The translations under genes and the position numbers were made by a program. A stretch of 64,000 nt of DNA from Rickettsiales bacterium UBA2645. GTDB taxonomy: Bacteria > Pseudomonadota > Alphaproteobacteria > Rickettsiales > UBA1997. Under the pieces are notes generated by a model, which was given only the letters and a program-made list of their open reading frames with translations, searched no databases and had not been told where the DNA came from. The stretch is taken from positions 7,418-71,417 of the forward strand of contig DENL01000003.1 of assembly GCA_002359655.1 (NCBI GenBank), given 5' to 3'. This document shows positions 50,401 to 58,554 of this stretch, piece by piece. Numbering within the stretch: the stretch's first letter is position 1; every line of letters starts with the position of its first letter.

Positions 50401-50873
50401 TAAATCAATCCCAAATAAAAGGTAAATTGATTCACAAAATTTTAGAAATTTTTGGTAAAAATTCTGCCGCAGAAAAAAAATGGTTAGGCGAAATTTCTAA
50501 AAAAATTATTGCTCGAGAAGAATTTTTATCAGTAGTAGAAAAAAATAAAATTAATGACGAGATCAATGAATTTTTGGCTTCAGAGCAATTCAAAGAAATA
50601 TTTTCCGGTCAAATAAAATGTGAAGTTGAGATCGCTGGCAATATTAAAAATGAAAAATTTCTTAAACGAATTGATCTGCTAATCGAGAAAGAAAACGAGG
50701 TTTTAATTGTTGATTATAAATCAGACGAGACTTTGCCAGAAGCGGCTCCCAAGCATTATTTTGACCAACTAAAAACTTACGCAGAATTAGTAAAAAAACT
50801 TTATCCAAACAAAAAAATTTCTTGTGCAATTTTATGGATTAAGTTTTTGAAGTTAGAATTTTTAAATCTCTAA
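47469..50873 (+). CDS. addA: Double-strand-break repair helicase-nuclease AddA (UvrD-like helicase plus C-terminal PD-(D/E)xK nuclease), GTG start
   Basis: VFASAGSGKTRVLT Walker A, LIDESQDTN, VGDEKQSIYSFQGA, TIHSAKGLQAP, YVAMTRAEDEL, and the C-terminal nuclease motif IDLLIEKENEVLIVDYKSD. Confidence 0.88.
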   Translation: MTNNLAQTINLQQFASSPDISCWVFASAGSGKTRVLTNRVLRLLLRGVAPDKILCLTFTKVAASEMQSRINAELANWVLVDEANLAKKLFELTGNIASKADLKKARILFAEVLDAESKIKIQTIHSFCQSLVKIFPFEAGVKPNFEVLEEAQEKLLLQKAQKEVLKKAVKNSELKNLVVKINSRLHEASFSELVSDLLAKKEQLTILKENFFGIDGVIDEIFKNFSVNKNSNAAEICDEFFKSINKQEVDKLLIALEESGLISNKNIAEKVRKFLQNPSEEKFLIYQSAFFTDKNEIRKINGKVLQNPDLERIATDQINLISSFCDQINSYKICNSSALLLKFTDAILEIYAVLKKQNAFLDYNDLIIETNRLLANPNFSDWVKMKMDGLFDHILIDESQDTNHQQWNIIKALTEDFFSGISAANKNRTIFIVGDEKQSIYSFQGAEPHISGEIFFYFDEKLKNHPNKFHKIDLNNSFRSLSEILGVVDATFSGEKEKAAIAKISDFKGHSAIRQGVGHFEIWPQIKIKKEEKTKNADKDYSWKIDFVPRENYHEQEFLAELIAIKIKDWVENKRVLQSRIETLKYSDFMILLRKRTDGFDQILSRFFYQYQIPFGGKNKIKFDDNIIIQDLLAAARFALSPFDDLNLAALLKSPIFNINEEELLEICLFKNNNQTSIYKALKQIPKFANISIYLEVLEKKAVQTNCFEFFYFLLSQENRQKIISRFNSESSEILDKFVLKVFDFANNFSASLQKFLEFIESFNPEISVTTENNNQVLITTIHSAKGLQAPIVIIPDCCFDTDRLRSTKEKISWIEFAENKLPIWCAAKNEENKLLKTNRELKKQQAKDEYLRLLYVAMTRAEDELYIAGSGNFNDSESWYDLIKKSVADKCWQKEFFDEKTKKLNSDKFEISNEILGIGEKKYQYAENNLFINNSIVFDEKPQISFKTKEKKLNKSSVPLAKDDNIFTEIKSSQNQINQSQIKGKLIHKILEIFGKNSAAEKKWLGEISKKIIAREEFLSVVEKNKINDEINEFLASEQFKEIFSGQIKCEVEIAGNIKNEKFLKRIDLLIEKENEVLIVDYKSDETLPEAAPKHYFDQLKTYAELVKKLYPNKKISCAILWIKFLKLEFLNL

Positions 50874-52121
50874 ATGCAGCATTTCTTCAAAGCTTGGGCG
50901 GCGGCGAATCACACTGAATTTTTCACCATCAACCAAAACTTCTGGAATCATCGGACGACAATTATACTCATTAGACATTGAAGAACCATAAGCTCCGGCA
51001 GAGCAAAATACTAATAAATCTTCTGGTTGTAGATTAATCAATTCGCGATTTTGTCCTAAAATATCAGTAGTTTCGCAAACAGGACCTGCAAGATCATAAA
51101 CCACTTTTGTGCCAATTTTTTTTCTTACCTCTAAAACTTCGTGATAAGATCCATAAAGTCCGGGACGCATTAAGTCGTTCATCGCGGCGTCAATAATTGC
51201 AAAATTTTTTGCTCCCGTTTCTTTTAATAAAATTATTTTTGTGACTAATATTCCTGCATTACCAACCAATGCTCTTCCGGGAGCGATGGTAATTTTAACA
51301 TCCAAGTCTTGAGTAATTTTTTTGATCAAGTTTACATAATCGTTGATCAAAAGCGTGTTTTCATCTTTGTAGAAAATGCCAATTCCACCGCCAAAGTCTA
51401 GAGCAGAAATTTTATGACCCTGCAAGCGCAGATCTAGACAAAGTTGACGCATTTTGTTAAAAGCCAATCTGAAAGGTTCAATCGTAGTAATTTGTGAACC
51501 GATATGCATAGCAATTCCATAAACTTCCAATCCGGGAAGTTGGCTAGCTTTTTGATATACTGCATGAGCTTGCTCAATATCAACGCCAAATTTGTCGCCT
51601 TTACGACCTGTTGAAATTTTATTGTGAGTTTTGGCATCAACATTTGGATTAACACGCAAAGAAAATTTTGCCCTTTTGTTCAAGTTAGAAGCAACTTCAT
51701 TGAGCAAATACATTTCAGCAACTGACTCAACCGAAAATTCTTCTACACCATTTAATAGAGCGAATTTTATTTCTTCACGAGTTTTACCAACGCCAGCAAA
51801 AACGATTTTTTTTGGATCAACTTTAGCTTTAATGGCACGAAAAACTTCACCAGCTGAAACCGCGTCAATTCCAGCTTGAAGCTTGCTCAAAGTTTCAACC
51901 AAATGAATATTGTAGTTGGCTTTGATGGCGTAACAAATTTTGTAATCAGAAATTTTTGCTTGCGCAAAAGCATCAACAAAATTTTGAAAATTTTCGCTCA
52001 AAGTTTTTTTAGAATAGCAATAAAACGGAGTACCAACAGCAGCAGCAATTTCAATGATCGCAACATTTTCAATAAAAAGTTCATCACGATTTTTTACATT
52101 TTTGTAAGAGAGATATTTCAT
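50862..52121 (-). CDS. lysA: Diaminopimelate decarboxylase
   Basis: TPFYCYS, YAIKAN (PLP lysine), GGGIGI, CETTD and GAYG.SMS..YN motifs. Confidence 0.93.
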   Translation of the reverse strand: MKYLSYKNVKNRDELFIENVAIIEIAAAVGTPFYCYSKKTLSENFQNFVDAFAQAKISDYKICYAIKANYNIHLVETLSKLQAGIDAVSAGEVFRAIKAKVDPKKIVFAGVGKTREEIKFALLNGVEEFSVESVAEMYLLNEVASNLNKRAKFSLRVNPNVDAKTHNKISTGRKGDKFGVDIEQAHAVYQKASQLPGLEVYGIAMHIGSQITTIEPFRLAFNKMRQLCLDLRLQGHKISALDFGGGIGIFYKDENTLLINDYVNLIKKITQDLDVKITIAPGRALVGNAGILVTKIILLKETGAKNFAIIDAAMNDLMRPGLYGSYHEVLEVRKKIGTKVVYDLAGPVCETTDILGQNRELINLQPEDLLVFCSAGAYGSSMSNEYNCRPMIPEVLVDGEKFSVIRRRPSFEEMLHLEI

Positions 52122-52130
52122 GAAGATATT

Positions 52131-53783
52131 TTAACTTTCATAACTTGAGTACATGTAAGGAGTCACCGAATCAAACTCCGCCGCGCAAGAATCAACTCTT
52201 TTGTAAGATGGATTAACACCAAGATCACAGCGCAATTGACGAACCTCTTTTTCTGTCAATCCACTTAATTTTGCCAAACGCTTATCAGAAAAACCCATGC
52301 GTTTTAGATTGAAAAAATCTTGGGCATTTTTTGGCAAGCCTTCTTTTTTAACTTTAGTTTCAACATCCAAAGCGCCTTTAATTTGTTCTAAAAACCATTT
52401 ATCATATTTTGTGATTGAGGCTACTTCCTGAACTGACATGCCTTCACGCAAAGCTTGTGCAATCAGCAATAATCTGTTTGGAGCTTGAATTTTTAATTTT
52501 TCAGTAATGATTTTGATACGCTGTTCTGGATCTTCCGAAGCAATCGTAACATCATCCATGCCGCTTAAATTTGATTCCATTGAGCGCAAAGCTTTTTGAA
52601 AACTTTCAATAAATGAGCGACCAATTCCCATAACTTCGCCAACTGATTTCATCGAACTAGAAAGCGCGGTTTCAGAACCTTTGAATTTTTCGAAAGTAAA
52701 TCGCGGAATTTTAGTAATAACGTAATCGATAGTTGGTTCAAACGAAGCCGGAGTCACACCGCCAGTGATGTCATTTCTGATTTCATCAAGCGTGTAACCA
52801 ATTGCCAATTTTGCTGCAACTTTAGCAATTGGAAAACCAGTAGCTTTCGAGGCCAGAGCCGAAGATCTTGAAACTCTAGGGTTCATCTCAATAACTACCA
52901 AACTGCCATCTTTTGGATTAACCGCGAATTGCACATTTGATCCGCCAGTTTCAACACCAATTTCACGCAATACGGCAATTGAAGCATTGCGCATTTGCTG
53001 ATATTCTTTGTCAGTTAAAGTTAGAGCTGGCGCAACTGTGATTGAATCTCCAGTATGCACGCCCATCGGATCAACATTTTCGATTGAGCAAATAATAATT
53101 GTGTTGTCGTTTTTGTCGCGCACCACTTCCATCTCATATTCTTTCCAGCCAATGATTGACTCGTCGATTAGCACTTCGTTGGTTGGTGAGATTGTTAAAC
53201 CATATTCAACAATTTGGCGATATTCTTCCGCCGTATAAGCCACACCGCCACCAGCGCCACCCATTGTAAATGAAGGACGAATGATTGCCGGCAAACCAAT
53301 TTTTGACAAAGCCGCCATGGCATCTTCCAAGGTTTTTACGATAGCGTTTTTCGGAGTTTTAAGTCCGATTTTATTCATGGCTTGTTGAAAAAGTGCGCGA
53401 TCTTCAGCTTTGTGAATTGCCTCAATTGAAGCGCCGATCAACTCAACATTATATTTTTCAAGCACACCATTTTTTGCTAAAGCGATCGCACAGTTCAAAG
53501 CGGTTTGTCCGCCAACAGTTGGCAGAATTGCGTCGGGACGTTCTTTGGCGATGATGCGTTCAACAATATCAGGATTGATTGGTTCGATGTAAGTGCGATC
53601 AGCCAGATTAGGATCAGTCATGATCGTGGCTGGATTGGAGTTGATCAGAATAACTTTGTAACCTTCTTCTTTCAAAGCTTTGCAAGCTTGCGTGCCAGAA
53701 TAATCAAACTCACAAGCTTGGCCGATAACAATTGGCCCAGCCCCGATAATCAGGACTGATTTAATGTCTGTTCTTTTTGGCAT
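52131..53783 (-). CDS. carB: Carbamoyl-phosphate synthase large subunit, N-terminal half only (carboxyphosphate and oligomerisation domains)
   Basis: Collinear with E. coli CarB residues 1 to about 553 ([38 protein letters not shown] ... YKRVD.CAAEF......YMYS.YE) and then stops. Total 550 aa against about 1070 aa for normal CarB. Confidence 0.9.
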   Translation of the reverse strand: MPKRTDIKSVLIIGAGPIVIGQACEFDYSGTQACKALKEEGYKVILINSNPATIMTDPNLADRTYIEPINPDIVERIIAKERPDAILPTVGGQTALNCAIALAKNGVLEKYNVELIGASIEAIHKAEDRALFQQAMNKIGLKTPKNAIVKTLEDAMAALSKIGLPAIIRPSFTMGGAGGGVAYTAEEYRQIVEYGLTISPTNEVLIDESIIGWKEYEMEVVRDKNDNTIIICSIENVDPMGVHTGDSITVAPALTLTDKEYQQMRNASIAVLREIGVETGGSNVQFAVNPKDGSLVVIEMNPRVSRSSALASKATGFPIAKVAAKLAIGYTLDEIRNDITGGVTPASFEPTIDYVITKIPRFTFEKFKGSETALSSSMKSVGEVMGIGRSFIESFQKALRSMESNLSGMDDVTIASEDPEQRIKIITEKLKIQAPNRLLLIAQALREGMSVQEVASITKYDKWFLEQIKGALDVETKVKKEGLPKNAQDFFNLKRMGFSDKRLAKLSGLTEKEVRQLRCDLGVNPSYKRVDSCAAEFDSVTPYMYSSYES

Positions 53784-53883
53784 GGAAGGAGGAAATGAAA
53801 TGAAAACTAGCGAAAAAATTTCCGCTAATTAAAAAGCGCGCCTTGCAAAATGTCAACGCAGCGGAATTAAAAAAATTAATAAA

Positions 53884-54417
53884 ATGCAGAAAAAATCAAA
53901 ACCAAAACCAACCTATCGCAAGCGCACTTTAAGCCGACTTATTGCCATTCAAATTTTTTACCAATTTGAGTTTTACGAAAAAAAAATTCCTCTCGCAGAA
54001 GTCAAAAATAATGTCATCGATAATTATGTTCTCGAGCAAGAAGAAACTGTTAGCTCTTATCGCAAAAAAATTGATCTCAATCTTTTAGAAACTTTGCTTG
54101 CTGGCATCAATCTTGGAGTCGAAGAAATTGATCACGATATTTTTGGCCTACTGAAAAGTGGTTGGGATTTAGAAAAACTGCCAGACGTGATGCTATATAT
54201 TCTGCGCCTTGGCGCTTTCGAATTGAAATTTATGCACGACGTTCCGCTGAAAGTTGTTTTGGACGAATATGTCGATATTTCCGCCAGTTTTTTTGAAACA
54301 AAAAAAGTTACCTTCTTAAACGCAACGCTAGAAAATTTAGCCAAACATTATCGCGCTGCAGAATTTGAAAAAGTAAAGAGTCGATCCAATCACTCCCCCC
54401 TTGAGGGGAGAAAATAG
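53884..54417 (+). CDS. nusB: Transcription antitermination factor NusB (C-terminal 10 aa and stop supplied by repeat copy C)
   Basis: RLIAIQIFYQFEF... and ..ILRLGAFEL......P.KVVLDEYV.I...F: NusB fold. The tail RSNHSPLEGRK* is identical to the first residues of the valS insert. Confidence 0.85.
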   Translation: MQKKSKPKPTYRKRTLSRLIAIQIFYQFEFYEKKIPLAEVKNNVIDNYVLEQEETVSSYRKKIDLNLLETLLAGINLGVEEIDHDIFGLLKSGWDLEKLPDVMLYILRLGAFELKFMHDVPLKVVLDEYVDISASFFETKKVTFLNATLENLAKHYRAAEFEKVKSRSNHSPLEGRK

Positions 54418-54527
54418 CCTAAACGGCTATTTTCGGCTTTTAAGATACTCGAGGGTTTTGTAATAAACCCCTCCTCGAATCGCTGCGCTCTTCGATCCTC
54501 CCTCAGGGGGAGGATAATTAGATCGAG
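54380..54527. repeat. RPE-like modular palindromic element, copy C (nusB 3' end and nusB-rimM spacer)
   Basis: tcgatccaatcactccccccttgaggggag + hairpin aaaatagcc-taaac-ggctatttt + ...cccctcctcgaatcgctgcgctcttcgatcctccctcagggggaggataattagatcgag. Its reverse complement matches 57564 to about 57685. Confidence 0.85.
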
Positions 54528-54560
54528 CATATTATTACAAATTAGAAAACAGGATAAAAA

Positions 54561-55121
54561 ATGTCTAAAAAAATTCTTATCGCTAAAGTTATTTCTGCCT
54601 TTGGAATTAAAGGCGAAGTCAAAATTGTTGCTTATTGCCAAGATATTTTACAAATCGAAAAATATCCGCTTTTCGATGCCAAAGGCAATTTAGTAAAAAT
54701 CAAAATCAGCAATAAAAACAAAACAATAGTTGGCAAAAGTGGCTCGAATGATCCGATTCTGATTGTAAAAATTTCAGGAGTTGAAGAACGCAATCGTGCT
54801 GAAGAAATTCGCGGCGCTGAATTTTTTGTCAGTCGTGAGAATTTCAAAGAAACCAAAAAAGATGAATTTTATTATGTTGATCTAATCGGCCTAAAAGTGA
54901 TTAACGAAACGAAGAAAGAAATTGGCCAAGTTTTGAATGTGCAAGATTTTGGCGCTGGCGGAATGTTAGAAATCAAATTCAATAAAGAATTTTTAAAAAG
55001 TAAGGCAGGCAAAGATTTTACAGAAATCGAAAATCTACCCTTCACCGGCAAAATCTTTCCTGAAGTAAATCTTGAAGAAGGATTTATCAGGATTGATTTG
55101 CCGGAGGTCATTAAAAAATAA
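54561..55121 (+). CDS. rimM: 16S rRNA processing protein RimM
   Basis: ILIAKVISAFGIKGEVKI...F.., ..EFYYVDLIGL.V.......G.V..V.DFGAG..LEI: RimM and PRC-barrel pattern. Confidence 0.88.
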   Translation: MSKKILIAKVISAFGIKGEVKIVAYCQDILQIEKYPLFDAKGNLVKIKISNKNKTIVGKSGSNDPILIVKISGVEERNRAEEIRGAEFFVSRENFKETKKDEFYYVDLIGLKVINETKKEIGQVLNVQDFGAGGMLEIKFNKEFLKSKAGKDFTEIENLPFTGKIFPEVNLEEGFIRIDLPEVIKK

Positions 55122-55186
55122 AAGAATAATGGTACGTAAAGTCTCAATTTTGTATTTTTTTTGAGAATTTTATAATATCTACACTC

Positions 55187-56686
55187 CTATAATTGTGCTG
55201 CTTCTATGTTTTCTTCTTCTATGTTGTTCCGTAGAATATATCCACGGGCCATTCGAACAAGGCTAGAAGGCTTATAGTTTTGAGGAGCAAGATATTCAGC
55301 AGCCCCAATTCCAGCTACTAGTGCAAGAAAACCTCCAATTGCAATTCCAGAAATCGCTCCATCATTTGAAGGATTATCCTTATAAAATGCGTTATTATTC
55401 TCATACACACTAATCACGCTACTTGGTTCATTGGTAGGCTTTCCATAGTCTGGGTTATAAATCTCAGGACTTGGAAAAGCGCTAGGTTTAGATGTCGGAT
55501 TTCCAGAAGGAAAAGAAGTTGGGTAGGGATTAGGTTGGCTAGTTGGAGTTGCGCTTGGCTGAGAAGTTGGTTGACCAGTTGGTCTTAGCGAATATCTGAT
55601 TGGAGAATTTGTTGGAATAGATGTCGGCCTTAAAGTTGGGAAAAAAGATATTGTTGGAGTCACAGTTGGGCCAGTTGGACTTAAAGTAGGATCAACAGAT
55701 GGATACTGAGATGGGTTTATAGTAGGAAAATCAGATGGATTACTAGTTGGGAAGTTTGATGGACTTTGGGTTGGCGCAGTTGGAACTAGAGTTGGATTTT
55801 GAGATGGATTGGAAGATGGATTGCTAGTTGGAAAATTTGAAGGGTTTGCGGTTGAAGGCTGTGATGTTGGACTTTCTGTTGAAGCGGAGGTTGGAAATCT
55901 TGTTCCTCTTCCACCCTGAGCAAAAGCCGAGCTCACCACAAAACTCATTCCAAGAAACAACTTACTCAAGCCAGCATTTGTTATTGAGAGTATGCCATTT
56001 GTTAGTTCACTTACAGAAGTGTTAGCATAAATACTTTTTGCAGAACCTTTAATTCTGCTTTTGGTGTATTCTATTTCTTCTAAAAGTCTTTTTTCGCCCT
56101 CTTTACTTTCTAAAATATACCAACTTATTTCAGTTTCTTGATTATCGGTTAGGTCTTCTCTGTTTAAATATTCTTGAACAAGAGAGTTCTTTTCTAAACC
56201 CTTTAAGCTAGACCAATATTCTTTTGCTTCTTTTTTGTTGGGTGATTTTTCTTGTAAGAAACTTTTGAAGAATTCTGGGAACTTAACTTCAGTGGTTTTT
56301 TCATCTCTAAAATTTCTATCAAATCCTATTGGTTGTTCTGATTCTCTTGGAAGGGTTAGATAATCTTTATATTCAAGAAGAATTTCAACTTTATCTTCAA
56401 TTCTGGTGTTGTTCCAAGTTTCTTCTACGAATGAGATTTTTGCTTTGTTTATTTCTTGGTTATCTTCTAAATTTATGTGACTAATTCTCTTGGTGATTCC
56501 TACTAAATTTCCCTCTTCAATTTGTCTGGAAATTATCTCAGCAGCTTCTTTGTCATCTTCTTCACTGGTTTGAAATGGTCTTTTAGAGTTGTTCACTAAA
56601 AATGCGGCGAACCTATCTGTGAAAGATCCTGCTAGAGGGTTTGTTTCTATTAACTTATTTATTGGGAAAGACAGATCTGGTTTCAT
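55187..56686 (-). CDS. Hypothetical membrane protein with a Pro/Ser/Thr-rich low-complexity domain of about 170 aa
   Basis: 499 aa. An acidic/lysine-rich N-domain is followed by an internal signal-like hydrophobic segment (GLSKLFLGMSFVVSSAFAQGG). Then come degenerate P-T-S/N-P-S repeats (aa about 258-430; nt about 55400-55915), a TM (AISGIAIGGFLALVAGIGAA) and a short tail. I recognise no family. Confidence 0.6.
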   Translation of the reverse strand: MKPDLSFPINKLIETNPLAGSFTDRFAAFLVNNSKRPFQTSEEDDKEAAEIISRQIEEGNLVGITKRISHINLEDNQEINKAKISFVEETWNNTRIEDKVEILLEYKDYLTLPRESEQPIGFDRNFRDEKTTEVKFPEFFKSFLQEKSPNKKEAKEYWSSLKGLEKNSLVQEYLNREDLTDNQETEISWYILESKEGEKRLLEEIEYTKSRIKGSAKSIYANTSVSELTNGILSITNAGLSKLFLGMSFVVSSAFAQGGRGTRFPTSASTESPTSQPSTANPSNFPTSNPSSNPSQNPTLVPTAPTQSPSNFPTSNPSDFPTINPSQYPSVDPTLSPTGPTVTPTISFFPTLRPTSIPTNSPIRYSLRPTGQPTSQPSATPTSQPNPYPTSFPSGNPTSKPSAFPSPEIYNPDYGKPTNEPSSVISVYENNNAFYKDNPSNDGAISGIAIGGFLALVAGIGAAEYLAPQNYKPSSLVRMARGYILRNNIEEENIEAAQL

Positions 56687-56730
56687 AAGATTTTTCTATT
56701 AAAATTATAAGATAATTAAATTAAAAATTT

Positions 56731-57396
56731 TTAAAATCTGTAAGAGTAGCCAACTTTTACTACATCTAGTCGAGTTTGATATCTCGCGCTGAGATTAAGA
56801 TAAGAGTTTATAATTTTTGTCTTTGCTGAGAAATTCTGTGTATTGAATTCAAGATTGACAGAGCTTGTTTTGTCACAATCAATTTTTATCCCCGCGCCAT
56901 AAAACCAACTACCCCCAATTCCATTTTTTATACCTGTCACTTTTCCGTCTAGGTCAGAGTAGTCTTTGGTACGATAAGATATGTAGGCATATCCACCAGT
57001 GGCATAAACTGAAAATTTATCCGTAAAATCATATCCAATGTCAGACTTTATACCGTAACGATTTTTGATTTGTAGTCTTTGCGAGTCGATATCAATAGTA
57101 TTGTTACTATATCCGTTAACTTTAACATTATTCTGCTCTAGTAAAACTCCCGGAGAAATGAACAAACCACCAAAATTTATAGCATAGTTATAATGCAAAC
57201 CCGCTCCATAACCACTATTTGAATGATGGGGGGTATTACTAGCTTCGTTTTTGTTATTATCATTAGTATACTTCTCAACAAACTTTGCTTTTGAATTTAA
57301 AAGATCAATACCAATATAAGACCCTTCAGTCTTAGCCAAAGCAGAATTTTGAATTGCAAAAAAAGAAAGTGCCGCGATCAGGAAAGCTTTTTTCAT
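56731..57396 (-). CDS. Small outer-membrane beta-barrel protein (OmpA-like/opacity-porin family)
   Basis: Signal peptide MKKAFLIAALSFFAIQNSALA, alternating amphipathic strands, aromatic girdle residues, and a C-terminal ..VGYSYRF ending in Phe. Confidence 0.75.
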   Translation of the reverse strand: MKKAFLIAALSFFAIQNSALAKTEGSYIGIDLLNSKAKFVEKYTNDNNKNEASNTPHHSNSGYGAGLHYNYAINFGGLFISPGVLLEQNNVKVNGYSNNTIDIDSQRLQIKNRYGIKSDIGYDFTDKFSVYATGGYAYISYRTKDYSDLDGKVTGIKNGIGGSWFYGAGIKIDCDKTSSVNLEFNTQNFSAKTKIINSYLNLSARYQTRLDVVKVGYSYRF

Positions 57397-57563
57397 GATA
57401 AGAATTTATTTTTGATTTTGTAGGGCGAGAAGTGGTTTTATTTCTTTAGTCTAGTCGCCGCAAAAAAGATTATCTTATTTTTTTTTGCAAGAAATTTTTA
57501 CTGCGGAATTTTTGAGAAATGACGAGGGAGTTTTGCATAGCCTGCATATGAAAAATAAGAAAG

Positions 57564-57746
57564 CTCGATCTAATCATCCTCCCCCTGAGGGAGGATCGAA
57601 GAGCGCAGCGATTCGAGGAGGGGTTTATTACAAAAGCCTCGAGTACCTTAAAGGACGAAAATAGCCGTTTAGGCTATTTTCTCCCCTCACCGACTCAACC
57701 GAAGGTTTCGTCGACTCTCCCTCAAGGGGAGAGTGATTAGATCTAG
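57564..57746. repeat. RPE-like modular palindromic element, copy D (intergenic, composite L+M+R)
   Basis: ctcgatctaatcatcctccccctgagggaggatcgaagagcgcagcgattcgaggaggggt...gaaaatagccgtttaggctattttctcccctcaccgactcaaccgaaggtttcgtcgactctccctcaaggggagagtgattagatctag. Confidence 0.85.
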
Positions 57747-57872
57747 TTTTGTTATTTTTAATGAAAGACCTAGGGAGTTTTGCAGAATTTAAAAACTTTT
57801 AATCTCAATCAAGCTTTTGATTTAGGCCGTTTTTAAAAATCACCTTGCAAAAATACTACGAGACAACAATTT

Positions 57873-58373
57873 TTAAATCTGCTTGCGTTTTATGATGTCT
57901 TGTTGATCGATTTCTAAGGCATCAGCTAGAGCAGAAATTATGTGATCTGGAAGAGAATTATTTTTTAAAGCAGGTAAACCATCAACATCACCCTCTTTTT
58001 TAGATCCAAAAAAAGTTCTAGTTATTGCACCAAAAATTCCAGACTGCTTCTCCTCTTCAACAAATGTTGTGCCCATTGGATCAAAATAAGATACTCTGAT
58101 CTTTCCCGTTTGATCTTTTTCTAAATGTAAACCTGCAAAGTGATTATTGCTGATATTAATCGGCATAACCAGCTGCTCCACTTCAGTTGAAGTTTTAAAG
58201 TCTTTTAAAATATCCACCAAACCTTCTTGATGAGTTTTGTGAGAGAGTTCGGTTTTAATCAGAGCAGCATTTGCTGGCAAAGATAACTCTGTCAGAAGAT
58301 CAATCTCATCATTTTGATAATAAGATTGAGAAGATATTCTCTGAGCAGATTCTGATGGAGAAGTGATTGGCAT
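57873..58373 (-). CDS. Hypothetical protein with Ulp1/CE-clan peptidase-like motifs but no cysteine
   Basis: 166 aa. YYQNDEIDLL (cf. WLND.II), MPINISNNHFAGLHLEKDQTGKIRVSYFDPMG (cf. Ulp1 PINLNQSHWALGIIDLKKKTIGYVDSL) and KNNSLPDHII at the position of Q.N..DCG. The protein contains no Cys at all. Confidence 0.4.
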   Translation of the reverse strand: MPITSPSESAQRISSQSYYQNDEIDLLTELSLPANAALIKTELSHKTHQEGLVDILKDFKTSTEVEQLVMPINISNNHFAGLHLEKDQTGKIRVSYFDPMGTTFVEEEKQSGIFGAITRTFFGSKKEGDVDGLPALKNNSLPDHIISALADALEIDQQDIIKRKQI

Positions 58374-58554
58374 AATTAAGAGTTCGGGTTAATTTGTAAC
58401 AGCTTTTCAAATACGAAAACAATTAGAATAAAGTAAAAACAATTAACCCACGTAATTCTAACTATTTTTTATTCGCAATAATCAAAACTATTTATTCTAA
58501 TTTTTGGATAAAATCTACTTTTGCAGTTAAGTTTTTTAATAAAATTTTCTTCCT

